DNA of 64,000 bases, taken from the NCBI RefSeq assembly GCF_009914755.1, contig NC_060931.1. One strand, given 5' to 3'. Within the stretch, counting starts at the first letter, position 1, and the number at the start of each line of letters is the position of its first letter. Positions 53,622-64,000 of this stretch are shown here, piece after piece. The stretch comes from the human T2T-CHM13v2.0 reference genome, Homo sapiens. The notes beneath the pieces were generated by a model, which made no database searches, had not been told where the DNA came from, and was given only the letters and a program-made list of their open reading frames with translations. Made by a program: the position numbers and the translations under genes.

Positions 53622-56600
53622 TGACTTTGATGCGTGTGCAGGTGGGAGACAGCATCATAAATGCTGCTGGTTTGAAAAACCACGGCCAAGTACAGGATGC
53701 GGCGTTAGAGTGGGCTGGGGCGACGGGACCGTGAGCGGCAGAGGCCAGCGCCCAGCAGGGTCGGCAGCCAGGCCCGGGGGCTCCTCGAATGCCTCCAAAC
53801 AGGCCCCCTCTCTGTTGGGTCCTGCACCACTGAGGGTTTCAGCTCCAAAGGTGGACAGTGGTGCAAGTACGCAGGACTGCTCTTGGGGTCAGAAATAATC
53901 CCAAACAGCAGCAAATCTTAATAAAGGGGAAAATCCAGAGACAAGCAGCAGAAACAGCTCTGGGCCCTGCTGTGTCCAGGTGCCCTCCCCGGCCCTTGGC
54001 CACCTCTGTCTATCCTCCACGACCCCAGGCGAGAATGCAATCCCCAGTTCACAGATAGGGAAACTGAGGCGCAGGAAGGGCACGGGGCCGCCCGCGGTTC
54101 AGCACCTAATGGGGCTCCGTCCAGAATTCTGCCCAAGTTTTCCTCCGTTTCCCTGGTCCTGAGCCCTGGGGAAAGTTGTGTCATTTTTCCTGTATTTCTT
54201 AATGCAATTTCGGCTCCTGGTGAAATTGTTGCGGCTGTGCTGGACCCGGACGTCCCTCCTGACAGCTCCGAGCCGTGGATGGGGACAGATGGCTGAACTG
54301 CTGGGAACCTAGGCTGGGAGGCAGCCCCCTACCTTCAAGGGCACCCCTGGTTTGGGGTAGACAGACAGTCGGCTCAGCTCCCAGCAGGGACCGGCCACTT
54401 GTGGGAACATGGAAGACCCAGGGTGGCCACATCAGAGGGCTGCGGCGGTCTCTTGGCCTCACCCTGACCTGGGCTGGCCGTTCACTTCCAAAACACCCTG
54501 GCTGGGTTTGAATGGTACGTGGGATGTTCTGTTTCCCAGAAACCAGCAAGATGTGAAGCAAGATGGCAGAATGTCAAGGTTTGGCCGAGCTGCAGGGTGG
54601 GTGGAGGGGCCTCCACCATGTTCATCCTAGGTATGCGGGATCCTCTCATTCACCACATGTGGGGCCTCCTGGTTCCAGCTGCCCTGAAATGGCCTCTCCA
54701 GCCACCGACTTCCTTTCCTGTGTGTCTGGACGCCCTGGGCAGGGAGCCGTTGCTAAACGTCCCTCGGCCTCCAGATCTGAGCCTGTTGTGGAGATGGAGA
54801 TTCCGGGAGGAAGAGGGAAGGCTCATCCCCTCCCCGTCCACCTTCCTGCAAAGGAAGATTGGCTGGCAACAGGGTAAGGGAAAGAAAGCGGAGAGGGGCA
54901 GATTGGACCCACATAACGAGGACCGAGAAGGGGACAGAGCTGGCTCTGGCCACTGGGAGTGGAGGGGCAGGGCCCCGGCTCAACGCCCCGTGCGGGAGGA
55001 GGAGGAGGTTGGGGAGAAGCATCACCGGCCGCTGCTCTTCGCGGGAGAAGTGAGGGGATCCAGCTCACGAGGCAGTTGCTGGCGTTTGGGCTGTGAGCTC
55101 TGACCAGGCCCCATCCTGAGGCTGGACGACAGGGATACAGGAATCCCCAGGAACCCATGAACCTCAGCGCACGGCCCACAGAACACCACGTACTCCTCAG
55201 CGCCAGGCCTGCAGCCACAGGGAATCGCAGCAGCCCAGCCTATGCAGAGGCCATAGCAGGGCTGCCCCATCCTGCCCCATCGACCTTGCAGGCAGATGCC
55301 CCGCCTCCCTGTGAAGTGCTCTCCACCGCTCACTCCAGCCGGCTCCCGGGCAGGGAGCCAGGAGGGAGCCGGACACGGAGCGGCCCCGCTCTTCCACCCC
55401 CGGCCTGGCCTCTCAAATCCTGGCCTTTGGCTTCAGGACAGCGATGCTGCATCCACATCACCCAGAAGGTGAGGGCTGTGTCCGCCCAGGGAGCCGGGAT
55501 CAGCTGCTGGGTCTGGAGATCTGAGAGGAAACGGAAATGGCCCCTTCCAAAACGCACCACGAGGGTAGAGCCTCCAGGCCTCTGGCATTGCCCTCGTCCG
55601 CACACCCCGTTTTCAAAGTAATCACCCCAGAGAGCAAGGCTGCAGCTGCCGCCCGGGCGAGGGTCCACTCTGGATTTCCAGTCAGAACAGGAGCCACTGC
55701 GGTAGCTGCTCTTTCGATCCCCCAGCCTGGGGATGTTTGTCGCGCGGCAGTAGCGACTGGAGTATCCCTGACTGGTGCTCCCTGCACGGCCAGTTCTCTG
55801 CCTGGGGCTGGGGCCTGTGCTCTTCTCTGAGGGGCTGACTCCTGAGCTGGTGAGTCTCGGGTGGTTCCCCTCCAGGAGCCCTCACGACCCTGCCCTAACC
55901 ACTGGTCATGCACCAGCCCCTTCTTCATGCTCTAACATGCTCACTGGACACCTGCTACATGGGATCCCCGTCGGTGAGACTACCCTGTGGTTGAGATAGA
56001 CAGGTCCCTGCATCCTGAAGGAGCCAGGTCCAGGAGTACATTGCGTGAAATCAAAGCGTGCAGTTAGCGAGGGGGCCCCAGGGTTAAAGCGTAAACCCAA
56101 CTCCTCCCCAAGGCCCACCGGACTCTGCGAGACCCCGAGCCTGCCAACCTCTCCGACCCCAACCTCTCAACCCCGTGAAGAGCTTACCCCGCCCTCTGCC
56201 CTGAGTTCTGTTCAGGGGCATCTCTCTGGCTTTGCCGAAACTCACAGCACAGTCAGTGGTCATGTCTCAGAACGGTGAGAAGGGACAGAATTCCCTTGAT
56301 ACCCTGTCTTTTTCCGGAGCCACACTAGTGTGCTTGTCAGATGTGTGGGGCTTAGAATCCTTGCAGTGGGTCAGCCCCGCCCTGACATCGGCACTGTCTT
56401 AGCTCCTGCTTACATGGGGAGCTCACCTCGCCACGCAGCAGGAAGTGGGGCCCCCTGTGCTGCACCACCCCCCAGGCTTTGCAAGTTCTTCCTCACTGGA
56501 GCCCAGGGCTGGCTTCCTATGGACAGCAGCCGTGAGCCCCAAGCCTTCCCTCTGGCCTTCCCACAGCCGAGGGACAGGGGACCAGGCTCCGGCCCCACGG

Positions 56601-56689
56601 CCCCACCTGCCCCCAGATGTGCTGAGTGCTGGTGCCACCCAACCTGCAGTCCATTTGAGGGTCAGCGACCAAAGGTAGAAGAGAGCCTG

Positions 56690-56960
56690 GGGCTCATTCA
56701 TTCGTTCAACAAACACCTGCTGAGATCTTTCCTCCGGGCACACGCAGGGCTGTGTTCTCAGGGAGAGACAGACCAGGAAGGGAGACACAAGGCGGAAGGC
56801 GTGAGGGCAGGAGGGTGGGAGGAAGGGGAATAGCGGGCAGATGGGAGGATGAAATCACAGCAGGGTGGGGCCAGGTGGCCAGGGAGGGCCTGGCCGGGAG
56901 GCAACAGTCTCCACATGTGCAAAGGCCTCAAGGCAGGGTCCACTGGGTGAGGCTGCAGCC
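56690..56960 (-). mobile_element. L2 3' end fragment
   Basis: cattcattcgttcaacaaacacctgctgag; ggtggccagggagggcct; atgtgcaaaggcct. Confidence 0.6.
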
Positions 56961-58745
56961 GAGTGCAGGAGGTTGGGAGAGAGGCCAGAGGGTGGGCCCG
57001 GCCCAGCAAGGGGGTCCTCTCCTTCCGGCAGGCAGCGGCCCTCTGAGAAGGCGCCTCTGCCGGACTCTGGGAAGGCCCCCTCCCCGGCTCTCCTCCTCTC
57101 TCCCCGCTGCGGGACCCGTGTCTCAGGGCCTAAGCTAAAACACTTGTTTCCCTGGGGATTTGTCTAACTGCATGAGGCCTTTCTGAACCAGACTTTAGGG
57201 CGGAATTTTTTCCTCTCCAAAGAGAGGAATTGGCTGTCAGGAGTTAAAGACAGAATCTTGTGGCAAAGCCAAGCTCAGAGCCTGGGTCCAGGCTGGCCAA
57301 GGAGAGGGTGTGGAGGCCACCCAGACGCTGGCCTGGGGGCTGCAGGGGCTGGCGGTCCTGGCCAAGTGACTTTCACCGAGTGGCTGGGGCCGGGGTTGAG
57401 TTGGGACTCACCAGTGAGACCCACAGCTGTCCACACCCGTCCTGTGAGGGGGTGAGAGCTGGGGCCTCCAGGAGCTCCTGAGACATGCAGACCCCCTCCT
57501 GAGAGGGCTGGGGGGCTGCACGCAGCCTGGGCCTATTCGGAGGCCTTCCTTGGGGAGCGGGAGGGGGCTGCACGAAGGACGGTGACCCCGGAACCACCAG
57601 CAGCTCAGGGCCTGAAGGGTAGGGGCGGGCGGTCAGCACGGGGCCCGATGGGGAGGCCTGAGTGAGTGTCAGCCCAGGGGAGTCGTGAAAGGAGGTGAGT
57701 GTCGTGCAGCTGGTGTCCCTGCCCAGAGTGGGGTCCTGAGGTGCCCTGAGGGAAGTGGCTGGGGAACAGCTGACCAGAGCTGACCGTCCCCCAGCAGCCC
57801 TCAGCCCTAGGGGAGGGTACGGGCTCCTGGGGGCAGGCTCTGTTCCTGTCCCTGAGGGCTCCGCTCCACCTCCTGGCTCATCGAGGCTGGCTCCAGATGT
57901 GGGGTGTGTGGGCTCCACTCCCGGGCTCACCCAGGCCAGCTCTGGATGCTGAAGCCACCAGGCACGGGGCTGTGTGTGCAGAAGCAGCCAGGCAGGGCGG
58001 CCCAGCAGACGCAGGGAGCGGCCGCCAGCCGCTAGGATCCCGATGCCGCCGCAAGTAAGGACAGGCCCGGGTGCTGCCGCAGGAGGCCAGGCCTGCGCTC
58101 GCCGCTGTGGAATGTGTGTTTGTCTGATGAGCATCCCTGCAGGGCCCCAGATGGAGGGTGTGACAAGGATGGGGGCTGAGTCTCCAGGGCCCGGGGGCAC
58201 CTGCACGCTGCCCCTGGCAGGGGCCCGGGCATCCCACCTGAGCTGGCAGCCCTGAGCCTGAGACCAGGGCTCTGACTCACTTCTGGGCCGCCCTCCTCAC
58301 AGAGATCTGAGAGGGGCTTTCCCGGAGCCAGGCAGGGAGGCGGCCGTGCACCTGCGGGGGGACTGAGCCCCCCGGAGGGACGAGCTGCATGATGACAGGG
58401 AGGGACCCTGGCCTCGCCACCTGTGTGCCTGGGGCTCCCTTCCCAGGGCCTCTCTGCACCCCTCAGGCCCCCTGGGCTTGGCACCTGGGCCCCCAGAGCT
58501 CTGCCTAACCAGTGTTGGAAGAGGTTGGGTAAGTCCTGTGGGTGGGAATCCATAAGGGATCAGGCCCCATGACAGAGTCCACAGCGAGAACAGACGCTTC
58601 CAGCCAGCCAGGATCGGCCAAAGCCTAATCACGAGCCGACCTGAGCTCGCAGTGTGGACGTCCACCAGCTGCAGTGTTCAGATATGGGAAGGAGGGTGCA
58701 GCAGCCGCCGTGGACGCTTTCGCCCTGCAACAACAGAACACACAT

Positions 58746-58963
58746 CAGCGGTGTGCAAACCGGGGCCCAAGGCCAGACAAGACGCAGGCCTACGTCACAA
58801 CACAAGGTTCTGCCCGAACGCCGCGACGCCCACTGGTTGGAGTATCGTCTGGGGCTGCTGTCTCACCACAGGCGCGGAGTTGAGAGGTTGTGAAGGAGAT
58901 TGATGGCCCAAAAGCACAAAATCTTTACTGTCTGGTCCCCCACAGAGAAAGTCAGCAAGCCCA
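58746..58963 (+). mobile_element. MER58A-type hAT DNA transposon
   Basis: gtct..ggctgct...gagttgag.ggttgtga...atggcccaaaagc..aaaat.tttact.tctgg.cc..acaga.aaagt. Confidence 0.8.
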
Positions 58964-59046
58964 CGCACACATGATAGCAAAACGTGGCAAAATGATTAGG
59001 AAGTGGTGAGTTTTAAGGATTTATTACATTCTTAAAAACAACTTTA

Positions 59047-59322
59047 GGGTGGGTACGGTAATCCCAGCACTTTGGGAGGCTGAGGTCTAGAGTTCAAGAC
59101 CAGCCTGGGCAACAAAGTGAGACCCTAACTCTGCAAAAAACGCAAAAATTAGGGGCCGTCGTGGCTCGTGCCTGTGGTCCCAGCTACTGAGGTGGCTGAG
59201 GTGGGTGGATCGCTTGAGCCCAGGAGGTGGAGGTTGCAGTGAGCTACGATTCCGCCCTGGGCCACAGAGCCAGAACCTATCTCAAAAGGAAAACAAAACA
59301 AAACAAAAAAACAAAAACAAAA
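59047..59322 (+). mobile_element. AluJ with several internal deletions
   Basis: taatcccagcactttgggaggctgagg...ggatcgcttgagcccaggagg; (caaaa)n tail; aacttta on both flanks. Confidence 0.85.
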
Positions 59323-59827
59323 CTTTATAGTGGTATAATTATCATAAAATAAACTGCATTTTTAGGGTAAAATTGATACATTTGACATATAAATGAATTC
59401 CTTCGAAACCATCACAGCAAAATAACGAATATATCTACCGCCCCAGGCTAGTTTGCATTTCCTAGAATTCTGTACAATAGAATCATATCATATGACATCA
59501 TAGTTTTTAGTTTGTTTTGAGGCAAGGTTTTGTTTCTAGTCACAGCTTTTGTCTTGAAGTCCATGTTGTTTGATGTCAATAAAAGCACCATGACTTTCTC
59601 ACAGCCACTCTTGGCATGGTACATCTTTTTCCATCCTTTTTTACTTTCAATGTATTTGCACCTTTGGACCTAAAGTGTGTCTCCTGTGGACAGCATAGAG
59701 CTGGATCTTTTTCCTTTTAATCTGCTCAGACGATCTCTGCTTTTGATTGGATTGTTTAACCCGTTCACGTTTAGCGTTACTACTGATATGGTTGGATTTA
59801 CGCCTGCCATTTTACTTTCTGTTTTCT

Positions 59828-61048
<1,221 letters not shown>

Positions 61049-61430
61049 TCATTTTAATTCCTTTGATTACTTTTCTCTATCTATATATTTTTATATATGT
61101 CAAATATATTGTATTTCTATATGTTACAGTTCCAACAGTAAAATTGTATACATATTGCTTTATTGCAATTGTTTTTTAAATCAGTTAGGAGAAGAAACAT
61201 GAATTTATACTATCTTTTACAGTCATTTTCACTTTTGTAGTAGTTTCTCTAGGGCTAATAATTTATATCTTAATAGCACTTTTACTTCAGATTTATAGTC
61301 ATTTATTTCAGGCAAGATCTAGAAATTTTACTACTATAACTATATAAGTCCATTCTATCCCCCGTTTGTTCTCTTATTGTTACACCTATGCCCAACATGT
61401 TATATAATTACTGTTTTAAAAGATTTCATG

Positions 61431-61680
<250 letters not shown>

Positions 61681-64000
61681 ATGATTGTATGCCTTTCAAA
61701 GAAGCAAAGAGAAGAAAATACATTTACAGAGGTTTTTAAGACATACATGTTAGTTTCCTTATTTGCCACGTCTGGTTCTCTTTGTTGCATCCTGTGGATT
61801 CCAGTCACCTCTGAGCACCGTTGCCTCACTCTGATACAGCTTCATATCTGCCAGGCTCCTCATGTTGTCCTTGTCAAATATATTACATTTCTACATGTTA
61901 TAGGTCCAACAGTAAACTTGTAGAGATATTGCTTTATTGCAATCATTTTTTAAATCAGTTAGGAGAATAAATGTGAAATTATTCTATCTTTTACAGTCAC
62001 TTTCACTGGCACTCTTTGTGTTTTGGTGTGAATTCGAATTTGAATTTGAAATACTCAAGGGAGTTTCTCAGATGCCCCTCCTTTTCACTTGAGAAGCCTC
62101 CTTGACTATTTCTGTTAGTCAGGTCTGCTAGCAAAAAATTTGCTTGTTGTTTTCTGTTTGTTTGTTTGTTTACTAGGAATATCTTAATTTCACCTCTGTT
62201 TTTGAAAAATCATTTCCCTGGCTATAGAATTCTTGGTTAGCAGGACTTTTTTGTTTGTTTGTTTGTTTGTTTGTTTGTTTTTTCCAGCACTTTGAATTGC
62301 CATCCCACTGCCTCTGGCCTCCATTGTCTCAGATGAGAAGTCTGCTGTTAATTTTCTTGAGGTTCCTTTGCACCCAAGGAGTCATTTTTCTCTTGCTGCT
62401 TTCAGGATTTTTCTCTTAATCTCTAGATTTCAACATTTTGGCTGTGATATGCCTGGGTGTGGATCTGTTTGCATTTATCCTACTTGGAGGCTGTTGAACT
62501 TCTTGGAAGTAGATTGTTGTCATCCATCAAATTTGGGAAGTTTTCAGCCCTAATTTCTTCAAATATTTTTCTCCTCTCCTTCTATATTTCCATTATGCAA
62601 ATGCACATGTTGGTGTGCTTAATGGTGTCCCACGCTTCCCCTTGGCTGTGTTCATTTTTCTTCATTCTTCTTTCTTTTCTTCTGGTTATATAATCTGTAT
62701 TGATCTATCTCAAGTTCAGTGATTCTTCTAGCCAAAATCTACTGTTGAGCCCCTCGAGCGGATTTTTTATTTAGGCTATTGTACTTTAAACCCCAGAATT
62801 TCCATTTGATTCTTTTTATAATTCATCCTTTTTTATAGTCCCTATTTTACAGCTCATTATCATCATGCCTTTGTTTTATTCTTTCAACATGGCTTCCTTT
62901 AGTTCTTTTGTTTGGTTTTGTTTAGTTCTTTCATATTTTCAATAGCTTCTTTTAAGTCTTTGTCTGCTCAGCTCAACATCTTGGCCCCTTTGAAGCAACT
63001 TCTATTGCCTGTTGTTGTTTTTTTTTTTCCTGTGTATGAATCACACTTTTCTGTTTCTTTGCAAATCTTAATATTTATTGAAAATTGAACACTTGAGGTA
63101 ACATGATATTGTAGCAAGTCTGAATCCTCATCTGCCAACCAGGGGCTTATTATCATTGTTGTTATTTGTTTGTTCACCTGTTTTCTTGTTTGGTGATTTG
63201 ACTGAAATAATTCTGTGACATCTATATCTCCTGCAGTATGCATCCTGCTCACACTTGTCCCCTCATTTTTATCTTTAAGCCAGTCCTAAGTGTCACCCCT
63301 CGATTTAACACAATTTAGTGGTCAGCCACTTGTTCTTAAGCCTATGAGGCCTCCCAACCCTTTGCTGATGGATCTATCTGTGGTTGGAAACTGCTCACAG
63401 AGAGTGTATTCATTTATCCCACATTCAGGCACGGACTAGAGGTTCCAATGTCCCTCCCATCACTCCTCAAAGAGTGCAGTCTTAGGCATGCACACAGTCT
63501 AATGGACCGCCAGGGACGATGGTGTTAGCTGGAGTCTCTGCCGCTTCCCATGATAAGCTTCTGGTTGTTCTGCCTCTATTGGCATCACCCCACGTGGATA
63601 CTACCTGATTGCTCTATTGTTTTCAACAATGCCCTGGAGCATTGTTGCTCCATAGCCCACAGTCTGATCCAAACAAAGTAGAATCACTTGGCCAGAAAAG
63701 GTGTTGCTTTGAAGCTTGCTATGACCCTCCCCTGAGCAGAAGCTCTGTGCTATGGAGCAGGAGCTGGGAAGTGGGGGACCTCACTCTTCACCAATCACCC
63801 CACCTGTATCTCACTATGGAGCAAGCGTTTAGGAAAGGCAAGAGCAGTAACTGAGGTACCACCTGGCTGACTCCACCACCCAAGACATATTTTTAGCAGC
63901 ACAGAGCCAAGGAGGATGGGATTCCCAATGTTCACTGGTTGCCAAATACACCCTAAGTAGCTCTTCTACACTAGGATGCTGGAAGACGGGAGCTGCCACA

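Overview
Hominoid (most likely human) genomic DNA, judged from AluJ/S/Y SINEs, an L1PA2-type LINE, MaLR/ERVL LTRs, MIR/L2 and MER5/MER58. It is a GC-rich, VNTR-dense stretch of the kind found in distal/subtelomeric chromosome arms, and looks intergenic or intronic. I could not identify the locus from sequence alone. I find no credible protein-coding gene: the long ORFs are tandem-repeat read-through, Alu/L1-derived, or unsupported GC-rich frames. The only recognisable protein homology is the C-terminus of L1 ORF2 in a 5'-truncated L1PA2. I see no evidence of a new gene system. The most notable structures are: (i) an apparently single-event trimeric AluY with an inverted 5' segment that forms a hairpin (10974-11403); (ii) several large minisatellites whose repeat units appear to derive from the old LINE/SINE sequence they interrupt; (iii) a twin-primed, 5'-inverted old L1; (iv) nested insertions with readable TSDs and one probable Alu-associated deletion; (v) several AT-richer or CpG-rich motif clusters that look like enhancers or a promoter, including a perfect CArG box. 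Subfamily calls come from remembered consensus features and need RepeatMasker/Dfam confirmation; coordinates of old elements are approximate.
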